Shown piece after piece: positions 44,715-53,572 of a stretch of DNA of 64,000 bases. A model generated the notes under the pieces. It did no database searches. It had not been told where the DNA came from and saw nothing but the letters and a program-made list of their open reading frames with translations. Position 1 is the first letter of the stretch; each line of letters starts with the position of its first letter. The DNA is from an uncultured Acidobacteriota bacterium (GTDB taxonomy: Bacteria; Acidobacteriota; Terriglobia; Acidiferrales; UBA7541). The DNA lies in contig CAWHXI010000001.1 of assembly GCA_963833345.1 (NCBI GenBank), positions 438,025 through 502,024 of the forward strand, read 5' to 3'. Both the position numbers and the translations under genes were made by a program.

Positions 44715-45116
44715 ATGACACAAGACAAGCCTGAACGACATGCAATGTTTGCTTATCCATTTTTGATCATGATTTTTGCTGGCCTCACGCTCTTTGTCTT
44801 CTCGATTGCGCGAGCCAATCTCGGTCCAGACAGCGCCGCCAGCATTGCGACGTTCCGGACGAAATGCGCCCTGTGCCACGGCCCGGATGGGAGGGGCTCA
44901 GCGGTCGGAAGGAGCATGAACGTTCCGGATCTTCGCTCACCGGAAGTCCAGAAGCTGCCCGATGCTCAACTTGCCCAATTCATTTCCGACGGTAAGGGCG
45001 GAATGCCTTCCTTCAAGAGTTCGCTCAGTGAGGATCAGATTCACGGGCTGGTTACGTACATTCACTCGCTGCATCGTCCGGTTGTGATGCTGAGAGGGCG
45101 AGAGGGTACATTATGA
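44715..45116 (+). CDS. membrane-anchored class I c-type cytochrome
   Basis: N-terminal TM helix, CALCHGPDGRG (CxxCH), distal GGMPSF Met ligand region. Confidence 0.8.
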   Translation: MTQDKPERHAMFAYPFLIMIFAGLTLFVFSIARANLGPDSAASIATFRTKCALCHGPDGRGSAVGRSMNVPDLRSPEVQKLPDAQLAQFISDGKGGMPSFKSSLSEDQIHGLVTYIHSLHRPVVMLRGREGTL

Positions 45117-46195
45117 ATAGCAAGAAAAATCGACATAAACGCGAGGGTCGACAAGATCCGGACCGTGCGCCGGATTCGGTGACCAATGATGCCGCGGACT
45201 CTGAGATTTCCCGGCGCGGATTCCTGAGCTTCGCGGCAGCGTCCATTTTCATGGCGCACGCGGAGCAACAGTCCCCGCGATCGGAATCCAGGAATGGCAT
45301 TCCCTATCGAAAGCTAGGCCGCACCGGGGAAAAAGTCTCGCTCGTTGGCCTCGGTGGCTATCATCTTGGCAAGCAGACGGATCCCCAGGACAGCATTCGC
45401 ATCATTCGAGCTGGCCTCGATGAGGGCGTCAATTTCCTCGACAACTGCTGGGACTACAATGGCGGCGAGAGTGAAATCCGCATGGGCAACGCGCTACGCG
45501 ACGGTTACCGTCAAAAAGCGTTTCTCATGTCCAAGATCGATGGACGCACCAAAGCCGCCGCCGCGAGTCAAATTAACGAGTCTCTGCGCCGTCTTCAGAC
45601 TGACCGAATCGATCTCCTCCAGTTCCACGAAGTGATTCGCGACACGGATCCGGACCGCATTTTTGCCGAAGACGGAGGGATGGAGGCAGTCCTGGCAGCG
45701 CAAAAGGGGGGCAAGATCCGCTTCATCGGCTTCACAGGCCACAAGAGTCCGGACATACATCTGAAAATGCTGGCCACCGCTTCAAAACGCAGCTTTACGT
45801 TCGACGCCGTTCAGATGCCCCTCAATGTAATGGACGCGCACTTCAACAGTTTCGAAAAGAAAGTTTTGCCTGTTTTGCTCAAGAATGACATCGGCGTGCT
45901 CGGTATGAAACCGATGGGTGACCACTTTATTCTCGAAAGCAAGACAGCCACTGCCGTGGAGTGCCTTCACTACGCTATGAATCTTCCAACCAGTGTGGTC
46001 ATCACCGGCTGCGATTCGCTTCCCATTCTTCAGCAAGCTCTCGACGCGGCTCGTAGTTTCCAACCGCTTGACTCTTCCCAGGTTGCGGCGCTTCTAGCGA
46101 AAACGATGAGAGCCGCGCAAGCAGGCCAGTTTGAGCTTTATAAAACGAGCCACCAGTTCGACGGCACCTACGCCAACCCACAGTGGCTTGGCTAG
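45113..46195 (+). CDS. aldo/keto reductase with twin-arginine (Tat) signal peptide
   Basis: SRRGFLSFAAASIFMAHA Tat motif. AKR core: FLDNCWDYNGGESE, FLMSKIDG, DLLQFHEV. ATG overlaps the cytochrome c stop (ATGA). Confidence 0.85.
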   Translation: MNSKKNRHKREGRQDPDRAPDSVTNDAADSEISRRGFLSFAAASIFMAHAEQQSPRSESRNGIPYRKLGRTGEKVSLVGLGGYHLGKQTDPQDSIRIIRAGLDEGVNFLDNCWDYNGGESEIRMGNALRDGYRQKAFLMSKIDGRTKAAAASQINESLRRLQTDRIDLLQFHEVIRDTDPDRIFAEDGGMEAVLAAQKGGKIRFIGFTGHKSPDIHLKMLATASKRSFTFDAVQMPLNVMDAHFNSFEKKVLPVLLKNDIGVLGMKPMGDHFILESKTATAVECLHYAMNLPTSVVITGCDSLPILQQALDAARSFQPLDSSQVAALLAKTMRAAQAGQFELYKTSHQFDGTYANPQWLG

Positions 46196-46278
46196 AAACA
46201 CAACGAATTCCAAATAAGCACGGAGATGCGGAAAGTCAGCGTTGGATCAGGTTAAAGGAAGGATTCTGGAGGTCAATC

Positions 46279-47157
46279 ATGAACAATAAAGAACATTCTG
46301 TAAGTTTAGCAGGAGATATTTCGTTGGGTGGGGAAATTTCCGTGCATCGTCTCGGCTTCGGTGCGATGCGCCTTACCGGCGAGGGCATTTGGGGACCGCC
46401 GAAAGATCGCAACACGGCGTTAGCGGTTCTGCGCCGGGCCGTGGAGCTGGATATCAACTTCATTGACACCGCGGATTCCTACGGCCCGCACGTTAGCGAG
46501 GAACTGATTTCCGAAGCATTGTTCCCATACCCGGCGGGCCTTGTAATCGCCACCAAGGGAGGCTGGAATCGTCCAGGCCCGAATCAGTGGACGCACGATG
46601 CTACCCCCGTGCATCTCCGAAAGGCGATCGAGGGGAGTCTAAAGAGACTGCGTCTGGACCGCATTGACGTCTATCAATTGCATATTCCGGATCCTGCCGT
46701 ATCGTTTGAGACGTCTGTGGAAACGTTGGCTCAGTTGCGAAACGAAGGCAAGATTCGCCTGGTCGCGTTGTCCAACGTCACGCAAGAGCATATCGAGCGA
46801 GCGCGCAAAATCGTCCCCATCGTTTCGGTACAGAACCGCTATAGCTTTGCGGATCGCGAATGGGACTACGTGGTGGATTATTGTGAGCGCAATGGAATTG
46901 CGTTTATTCCTTGGTATCCACTGGGAGCTGGCAAAGTTGCCGGCGAAGTGCTTAACCAAATCGCCGAGGTACAACATGCGAGCCCTACACAGGTAGCGCT
47001 GGCTTGGCTCCTGCGGCGATCTCCCATTATGCTGCCCATACCAGGGACTTCCTCCATTGAACACCTCGAGCAAAACGTTGCAGCGGCATCCCTGCGTTTA
47101 TCTGACGAAGACTACCGAAAGCTTTCTGGAGTCTCCGCGCTGGCCGCATCGCGGTGA
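46279..47157 (+). CDS. aldo/keto reductase (cytoplasmic)
   Basis: GGAGG RBS before ATG 46279. LGFGAMRLTG...FIDTADSYGPHVSEE...DVYQLHIPD...IPGTSSIEHLEQN. Confidence 0.85.
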   Translation: MNNKEHSVSLAGDISLGGEISVHRLGFGAMRLTGEGIWGPPKDRNTALAVLRRAVELDINFIDTADSYGPHVSEELISEALFPYPAGLVIATKGGWNRPGPNQWTHDATPVHLRKAIEGSLKRLRLDRIDVYQLHIPDPAVSFETSVETLAQLRNEGKIRLVALSNVTQEHIERARKIVPIVSVQNRYSFADREWDYVVDYCERNGIAFIPWYPLGAGKVAGEVLNQIAEVQHASPTQVALAWLLRRSPIMLPIPGTSSIEHLEQNVAAASLRLSDEDYRKLSGVSALAASR

Positions 47158-47274
47158 AGGGGTTGGCGCCTCTTCACGGACCGTCGGTAGATTGCAGGTG
47201 GGTATCTCCTCATTAAACCTAAATCGGAAGAGCTCATTCGACGCTTTGTCTCGCGAACCGCCAGTTCGCACATG

Positions 47275-47913
47275 TTAACAGCGCTGCGCCTGCCCCGGAA
47301 CGGTCGTATAGACTCCCCAGAGGAGTCCAGCATTTACTCGGCCACGTAACTTCCGGCGCCCTTGGAAGAGACGTGCTTTCACGGCGGTAGTTGACGTGCC
47401 TAGAATTCTAGCCGTTTCCTCGACGGATCTTTCTTCGAGGTCGCGGAGCAGGATCGTCTTTCGAATCTTAGGACCCAATCGATTGATCGCTTTGGTTAAG
47501 AGGTCCGTGCGTTCGCGGTGCCAACAGGACTCTTCAGGATTAGGACTCCGCTCAACAAATGCCTCCGCGCTCGCCCTATCGACATCTTCAGGGTTCTCAG
47601 GCAAGACTTCGATGACTCTTCGTCTTCCACGAAGTAACATGAAGGCTTGATTCATCGCGATGCGCGTTAGCCACGTAGAGAAGCGCGACTTTTCTTGAAA
47701 ACCATCGAGGTGAAGAAAGGCCTTGTGAAAACTCTCCTGCGCCACGTCCTCTGCATCCTCCCGGTTGTTGGTAATCCGTTGTGCCACGGCCAGCACTGTC
47801 CGCTCGTGACGTAGAACCAAAGTCTCGAACGCCCGCGTATCTCCGCGCTTTGCGGCAGCTACCAAGACCTCGTCGGAGTCTTTGTTTGTATCAGTTGTGC
47901 GGAACGTTTTCAT
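47275..47913 (-). CDS. ECF-type RNA polymerase sigma-70 family factor
   Basis: In-frame ATG 47913. Region 2: EDVAQESFHKAFLHLDGFQEKSRFSTWLTRIAMNQA. Region 4: LRDLEERSVEETARILGTSTTAVKARLFQGRRKL. Confidence 0.85.
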   Translation of the reverse strand: MKTFRTTDTNKDSDEVLVAAAKRGDTRAFETLVLRHERTVLAVAQRITNNREDAEDVAQESFHKAFLHLDGFQEKSRFSTWLTRIAMNQAFMLLRGRRRVIEVLPENPEDVDRASAEAFVERSPNPEESCWHRERTDLLTKAINRLGPKIRKTILLRDLEERSVEETARILGTSTTAVKARLFQGRRKLRGRVNAGLLWGVYTTVPGQAQRC

Positions 47914-48436
47914 GAATCCGATCCTCCTCCGCCAATGCGGCACAAAGTAAGAAAAACTAGTTAGCTCGCCAGCCACAGCGCATATCGAATGGACTGGAAT
48001 ATGGTCCACTCGTGATGCGCCCGCAGAATGCGATACCAGTCGAGAAGGGATAGAGCTTTCATAGTGCACTCCTGTCTGCGTCCCGGCTCGTGGTCCTGCG
48101 AAACTGTCACGCGCTGGCTGCGAATTCTATTTACCGGGAACATGCCAGCCCCCCAATTAGAAAGGCAATTGGAGTGCCGGAAATTGCAGGTTGCGAAGGC
48201 AGCCTGGAACTGACTGGCAGAATGAGAGATAGCACCGTTTCATGCGTGCCATGGCGGCGTCACTCGATGCCTAAACTGTCAGAGTGTTGGCACTCCGCCT
48301 ATTCGGTTGGACGAACCGAGGAGATCACCTAACCGCGAGAGAAGGCTGACACGCGTCACATGGCCGACCTGGCCCGAGCAGGACACTTTCTGATGTTAAG
48401 ATTCGGATTGTAGGGAGCATTCGGCGGAATAGAACC

Positions 48437-50020
48437 ATGCCCACGTCAAATCCTTTTGTGTGGCTCAAACCGGCCGCGATTTGGAGTTACGGGATTGCTG
48501 TTTCATCGGTCCTCGCAGCAGCGATCATTTCATTGTGGCCGCCGTTTCATTTGCAGAGCGCTCCCGCGTCGCTGTTTCTTTGCGCTGTTCTGGTCAGCGC
48601 TTGGTTTGGTGGAAGCGGGCCAGGGTTGCTTGCTACGGCTCTTTCCGCACTCGCTTTCTATTATTATTTCCTAACTCCGATCCATTCGCTGGCTGCTAAA
48701 CCCGAGGGAATTCCCCGTCTTGCGATCTTTATAGTGGCAGCCATTTTTGTCGAATCGCTGAGTGCCTCGCAAAGGAGAAACACCGAATCGCTCAGGCGCG
48801 CGCGCGACGACCTGAAAGTAACAGTTCAAGACCTCCAGAATGCCAACGAGGCTTTGCAGGCAGAGAGCCGTGAGCGCAAATCCGCGGAAGAAACGTTGCG
48901 GCGGACCGAGGGTTATCTGGCAGAAGCGCAGAGGCTGGCCCACACTGGGAGTTGGGCCTGGCGGGTGCCGGGAAGAGATGCTTTGCATCTCTCCGAGGAA
49001 TGGTATCGCATTTATGGTTTCGATCCGGAAGATGGCTTGTCGGCTTGGGAAAAACGTCGGCAGCGCATGCATCCTGAGGATCGCGCTAAGTGGAAAGAGA
49101 CAACCGATCGAGCAATCCGTGAAAAGTCGGATTACGAAGTGGAACTCCGAATTCTTCTTCCGGACGGTACTGTTAAATACACCCACACCGTTGGTCATCC
49201 TGTTCTGAACGCATACGGGGATGTGGTGCAATTCGTGGGAACCATGATGGACGTCACCGAGCGTAAGCGGGCAGAGGAAGAGCGCGAGAGATTGCGCCAA
49301 GCACAGGCGGATCTCGCACGCGTCAATCGGGTGACCACCATGGGAGAGCTGACCGCTTCACTGGCGCATGAAGTGAATCAGCCGATTGCCGCTGCGGTCA
49401 CCAACGCCAATAGTTGTTACCGGTGGCTGGCGGCCGACGTCCCAAATCTCGACAAGGCCCGAGCGGCCGCCATGAGGATCGTGAAAGACGGAACGCGGGC
49501 GGCGGAAATCATCAGCCGAATTCGTCTCCTCTTCCAAAAGGGTACACAGCAATTGGATTTGGTCGACGTAAACGAAATCATTGAAGAGATGATCGCCCTG
49601 TTACGCGGCGAAGCAACGCGATACTCGATCTCCGTCCAGACGGAACTCACGGCAGATATTCCTCCGGTTATGGGGGATCGCGTGCAATTGCAGCAGGTCA
49701 TGATGAACCTCATAACGAACAGCGTCGATGCAATGAAGAGCGTGGACGGGAAGCGGGAGCTGGCTATCAGGTCACAGCGAGCGGACAACGAGCAACTATT
49801 GGTGTCCGTCAGCGATACCGGCGTGGGGTTGCCCCCCGAGCAAGTGGACCAGATCTTCAATGCGTTCTTCACCACAAAACCTCACGGTACCGGCATGGGA
49901 CTGCGGATCTGCCGCTCCATCGTGGAGTCGCATGGCGGCCGCTTGTGGGCTGGCGACAACGCTCCCCGCGGCGCGAGCTTCTACGTCAGCCTACCCACCA
50001 GAGTCGAGACACGTGAATGA
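48437..50020 (+). CDS. sensor histidine kinase (DUF4118-like membrane domain, PAS, HisKA, HATPase_c)
   Basis: Three or four TM helices, PAS/PAC ending DVTERKRAEEE, H-box ELTASLAHEVNQPIAA, G2 box GTGMGLRICRSIVE. Confidence 0.9.
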   Translation: MPTSNPFVWLKPAAIWSYGIAVSSVLAAAIISLWPPFHLQSAPASLFLCAVLVSAWFGGSGPGLLATALSALAFYYYFLTPIHSLAAKPEGIPRLAIFIVAAIFVESLSASQRRNTESLRRARDDLKVTVQDLQNANEALQAESRERKSAEETLRRTEGYLAEAQRLAHTGSWAWRVPGRDALHLSEEWYRIYGFDPEDGLSAWEKRRQRMHPEDRAKWKETTDRAIREKSDYEVELRILLPDGTVKYTHTVGHPVLNAYGDVVQFVGTMMDVTERKRAEEERERLRQAQADLARVNRVTTMGELTASLAHEVNQPIAAAVTNANSCYRWLAADVPNLDKARAAAMRIVKDGTRAAEIISRIRLLFQKGTQQLDLVDVNEIIEEMIALLRGEATRYSISVQTELTADIPPVMGDRVQLQQVMMNLITNSVDAMKSVDGKRELAIRSQRADNEQLLVSVSDTGVGLPPEQVDQIFNAFFTTKPHGTGMGLRICRSIVESHGGRLWAGDNAPRGASFYVSLPTRVETRE

Positions 50021-50664
50021 CGTCAGCGGGTACTCCCACGGTGTTTATCATTGATGACGATGCCGCGGTGCGCGCGTCCATCCAAGATCTGCTGGAGTCG
50101 TGCGGGTTGCGTTCCGTATCCTTCGGGACAGCGGAAGAGTTCCTGCGAAGCGAACTGAAGGGGGAGCCACGCTGTCTAGTCCTGGACGTGAGCCTTCCCG
50201 GAATCAGCGGTTTGGACTTTCAGCGCCGGTTGGCTGACGCAGGTTTCCAAATTCCCATCATCTTCGTTACCGGTCACGGAGATATTCCGATGACGGTGAA
50301 GGCCATGAAATCTGGCGCGATGGAATTCCTGACCAAACCCTTTCTGGACCGTGACCTGCTGGATGCGATCCGCCAGGCTTTGGATCGCGACCAAGCGACA
50401 CGCCGAGAGCGTGCTGAGCTTGCCGAATTGCGAGAACGCTACGAGACGCTGACCGCACGCGAGCGCGAGGTCATGGGCCTGGTGGTTTCGGGCATGCTCA
50501 ATAAGCAGATCGCTGGTGAACTCGGGAACAGCGAAGTTACGGTGAAGATCCAACGCGGCCGCGTGATGAAGAAGATGAAAGCTGGATCTCTGGCGGAATT
50601 GGTGAAAATGGGGGGGCTATTGGGGGTTCCGCCCGGCCAGAAATTGCATAATACCAACGTGTGA
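50017..50664 (+). CDS. FixJ/LuxR-family response regulator
   Basis: VFIIDDDAAVR...CLVLDVSLPGISG...IIFVTGHGD...FLTKP, then LTAREREVMGLVVSGMLNKQIAGELGNSEVTVKIQR. Overlaps the kinase stop by 4 nt. Confidence 0.9.
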   Translation: MTSAGTPTVFIIDDDAAVRASIQDLLESCGLRSVSFGTAEEFLRSELKGEPRCLVLDVSLPGISGLDFQRRLADAGFQIPIIFVTGHGDIPMTVKAMKSGAMEFLTKPFLDRDLLDAIRQALDRDQATRRERAELAELRERYETLTAREREVMGLVVSGMLNKQIAGELGNSEVTVKIQRGRVMKKMKAGSLAELVKMGGLLGVPPGQKLHNTNV

Positions 50665-50700
50665 TTGCGCTGCTTTCCGCGAAACTGGTAGGTTTCTGTC

Positions 50701-51078
50701 ATGGTCAATCAGAACAAAACCAAGTTGGTCGTGGTTGTCGACGACGACGATTCGATGCGCAGCGCAGTGCAGGACTTGCTTGAAGCAGTTGGGTTGCCAG
50801 CAAGAGGCTTTGCGTCCGCCGAGGAATTCCTCAGGTCTGGCAAACAGTACGAGACTGCATGCCTGATCACGGATATCCGCATGCCGGGAATGTCCGGTCT
50901 CGATCTGCAGGCGCAGTTGAACGCCGAACGTTGCAGGATTCCGATTATCTTCATTACCGCACATGGCGACGAAAAAATGCGGTTGCAGGCGCGGAGAGAA
51001 GGCGCGGTAGAGTTTCTGTCAAAACCGTTCGACAACGAAGTCTTGCTCGATGGAGTTCGAGCCGCTCTGGAAAGCTAA
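50701..51078 (+). CDS. stand-alone FixJ-type receiver domain protein
   Basis: VVVVDDDDSMR...CLITDIRMPGMSG...IIFITAHGD...FLSKP. No output domain. Confidence 0.85.
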   Translation: MVNQNKTKLVVVVDDDDSMRSAVQDLLEAVGLPARGFASAEEFLRSGKQYETACLITDIRMPGMSGLDLQAQLNAERCRIPIIFITAHGDEKMRLQARREGAVEFLSKPFDNEVLLDGVRAALES

Positions 51079-51123
51079 GCCCGCAGGTAGAGGCGCGAAT
51101 CAGGTTGCGCTAGGAGGTCTTAC

Positions 51124-52128
51124 GTGGCTGCTGTTGTAAGATTCGGATCCGCCGACCAGGACGGCAATCCCCGCAGGTTCGAGCAGATCATAGGCAAGAG
51201 TTCTGCCCTGGAGTCCGTACTCGAACAAGTCGAACAGGTCGCGTCCACGGATTCCACCGTTCTTATCCAGGGAGAAACAGGTACCGGCAAGGAGCTGATC
51301 GCGCGGGCTGTTCACGACTCTAGTTCCCGATTCGCACGACCGTTCATCAAGCTGAACTGCGCTGCCATTCCGTTCGATCTACTGGAAAGCGAGCTATTTG
51401 GCCATGAGAAAGGCGCCTTTACAGGGGCCATTGCACAAAAGGTTGGTCGCTTCGAATTGGCCGACAAAGGAACGCTCTTCCTGGACGAAGTAGGTGACAT
51501 TCCGTTGGGACTGCAGCCGAAACTGCTGCGGGTCCTGCAGGAGCAGGAGTTCGAACGTTTGGGCGGGACTCGGACTCACCAGGTGGACGTTCGGCTCGTG
51601 GCGGCAACCAACCGAAATTTGGCGGAGATGGTCAAACGCAACGAATTCCGCAGCGACCTCTACTACCGATTGAATGTGTTTCCGATCCCGTTGCCACCGC
51701 TGCGGGATCGCCGCGAAGACATTCCTGCGCTGGTTTCGCATTTTGTGGAGCTTTATGGCCGCCGTATGGGTAAGCACATCGAACATATCCCTTCAGACAC
51801 GATGTCCGCGCTCAGCTCGTATGTGTGGCCGGGAAACATTCGTGAGCTCCAAAATTTTATCGAGCGGAGCGTAATCGTTACTTCAGGCAATGTCCTGCAC
51901 CCCCCTCTCACGAGTTTGAAGAGCGCCGCAGCGGTGGATTCGATCGGGGCAATTACCCTGGAGGACGCGGAGCGCGACCACATTCTCAAGACTCTCGAGC
52001 AAACCCGGTGGGTGGTCTCCGGCCCCAACGGGGCGGCCTCCCGATTGGGAATCAAAAGATCCACCCTTTACTTTCGGATGCAAAAGCTTGGCATCTCACG
52101 TACCAACAGGAATCTCCTTTCCTCGTAG
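51124..52128 (+). CDS. sigma-54-dependent transcriptional activator (AAA+ + Fis-type HTH) without N-terminal regulatory domain
   Basis: AGGAGG RBS + GTG. VLIQGETGTGKELIA (Walker A), ESELFGHEKGAFTGA (GAFTGA), TLFLDEVGD (Walker B), C-terminal NGAASRLGIKRSTLYFRMQKLGI. Confidence 0.9.
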   Translation: MAAVVRFGSADQDGNPRRFEQIIGKSSALESVLEQVEQVASTDSTVLIQGETGTGKELIARAVHDSSSRFARPFIKLNCAAIPFDLLESELFGHEKGAFTGAIAQKVGRFELADKGTLFLDEVGDIPLGLQPKLLRVLQEQEFERLGGTRTHQVDVRLVAATNRNLAEMVKRNEFRSDLYYRLNVFPIPLPPLRDRREDIPALVSHFVELYGRRMGKHIEHIPSDTMSALSSYVWPGNIRELQNFIERSVIVTSGNVLHPPLTSLKSAAAVDSIGAITLEDAERDHILKTLEQTRWVVSGPNGAASRLGIKRSTLYFRMQKLGISRTNRNLLSS

Positions 52129-52369
52129 CAAACTCGCTTTCAGCTGGGAATTGGTCATCCAATCGACTGGCCCCGTCTCTGCAGCAGCCACAACGCACTC
52201 GCGATCACATCTCCAGTCGACCTGAATCCGGAGCTGTCTAACCCACGATCAGATAAATAACCACACTGGCCTGTCAGCATGCGGAGTCACGTCTAGCGGG
52301 CTGGCATCCTCTAACGCACCAGCGTCCGTGTCGGCCTCTACTTTCAGTCACTTACGCAATGAAGATATT

Positions 52370-52385
52370 TGGTAGCGCTATTGCA
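52370..52385 (+). promoter_or_regulatory. candidate sigma-54 (-24/-12) promoter for the DUF3300-DUF2950-CCP genes
   Basis: TGGTAGCGCTATTGCA: GG/GC spacing is identical to TGGCACG-N4-TTGCW. 77 nt upstream of ATG 52462 and 240 nt downstream of the activator gene. Confidence 0.45.
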
Positions 52386-52461
52386 TTCTCCAGTTCTGTC
52401 GCTCGACGCACCGAAACTTTGGCGGCGATAGAAATGCGGGAAAAAGCCTGGAGAATTTGCC

Positions 52462-53517
52462 ATGAGCATTGAGAAGATTTTTAAGCAGGTTTTAGTCGTA
52501 CTTCTGTGCGGGGTACTTGCGGAATTCACGGCGCAGGTGGACGCATACGGAGCCATAGCCCAATCGAATGACCAACCGGCCGCTTCGCCCGCGAAACAGT
52601 CTCCCAAGGCGTTGCAGCAACTTGTTGCTCCGATCGCTTTATACCCGGACGCTTTGGTGGCTCAGATTTTGGCCGCTTCGACGTATCCGACTCAGATCGT
52701 TGAGGCAGACCGCTGGATGCAAGGGCATTCCAACCTCAAGGGCGAAGAGCTAGCCAAAGAAGTCGACAAGCAGGACTGGGATCCGAGCGTAAAGGCCGTG
52801 GCGCAGTTTCCTTCGGTTCTCGAAAACATGGACAAGAACCTCTCTTGGACCTCGTCGCTCGGCGATGCATATATCAATCAGCCGCAGGATGTCACGGATG
52901 CTGTGCAAACTCTACGTCAGCAGGCCCGCAACGCAGGGCATCTGAACAGCAACGAACAGGAGAATGTGACCACGCAAGGCAAGACCATCGTCATCGAACC
53001 AGCCAACCCCGAGGTGGTCTACGTACCTGCCTATGAACCTTGGTTGGTGTACGGGGCACCTATCGTCGCCTACCCAGGCTGGTATCCCGTGCCTGGGATT
53101 TATTGGGGAGGCATCGGCCTTAGCTTTGGAATTGGTTTTGGTATCGGCTTCTTAGGAGGGTTTGGATGGGGCTGGGGCCACTGGGGCTATGACTGGTATG
53201 GCCATCGTGCATTTTTTGACCATCACGCCTTCGTCTCCCGTAGCCGAGACTTCGGTCACGAGGATTTCCATCACGGTGATTTCGCCCACGGAAACTTCGG
53301 CCACGGCGGGTTCGCTCACAGCGGGGGATTCCATGGGTCTTCGAGTTTTCACGGAGGTTCCAGCTTTCACGCGCAGTCAGGAACGCGCTCCGGTGCGTTC
53401 AGCGGCTTTGATCACGGCGGCGATGCCCGAGGCTTCTCTTCTCGCGGGCAGTCGAGTTTTGGAGGCGGCTCCCACGGAGGTGGTTTCCATGGCGGCGGTG
53501 GGGGACACCACAGGTGA
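52462..53517 (+). CDS. DUF3300 family secreted protein with Gly/His/Phe-rich tail
   Basis: LQQLVAPIALYPDALVAQILAASTYPTQIVEADRWMQ...VIEPANPEVVYVPAYEP. C-terminal low-complexity HGDFAHGNFGHGGFAHSGGFHG... Confidence 0.8.
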   Translation: MSIEKIFKQVLVVLLCGVLAEFTAQVDAYGAIAQSNDQPAASPAKQSPKALQQLVAPIALYPDALVAQILAASTYPTQIVEADRWMQGHSNLKGEELAKEVDKQDWDPSVKAVAQFPSVLENMDKNLSWTSSLGDAYINQPQDVTDAVQTLRQQARNAGHLNSNEQENVTTQGKTIVIEPANPEVVYVPAYEPWLVYGAPIVAYPGWYPVPGIYWGGIGLSFGIGFGIGFLGGFGWGWGHWGYDWYGHRAFFDHHAFVSRSRDFGHEDFHHGDFAHGNFGHGGFAHSGGFHGSSSFHGGSSFHAQSGTRSGAFSGFDHGGDARGFSSRGQSSFGGGSHGGGFHGGGGGHHR

Positions 53518-53572
53518 TGGCATGAACCAGCGACGGGAAGTTGTCGAAACTTCAAGTATAGTGAGGAATACA

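Noticed and set aside
53162-53572. Long N-terminal extension of the DUF2950 ORF overlapping the DUF3300 tail; similar extensions at 5742..6062, 8430..8639, 21781..21864, 42096..42197 and 47914..48069
   Set aside because: The extensions are off-frame readings of neighbouring genes or non-coding DNA. In each case an internal ATG gives a proper signal peptide, RBS or domain start.
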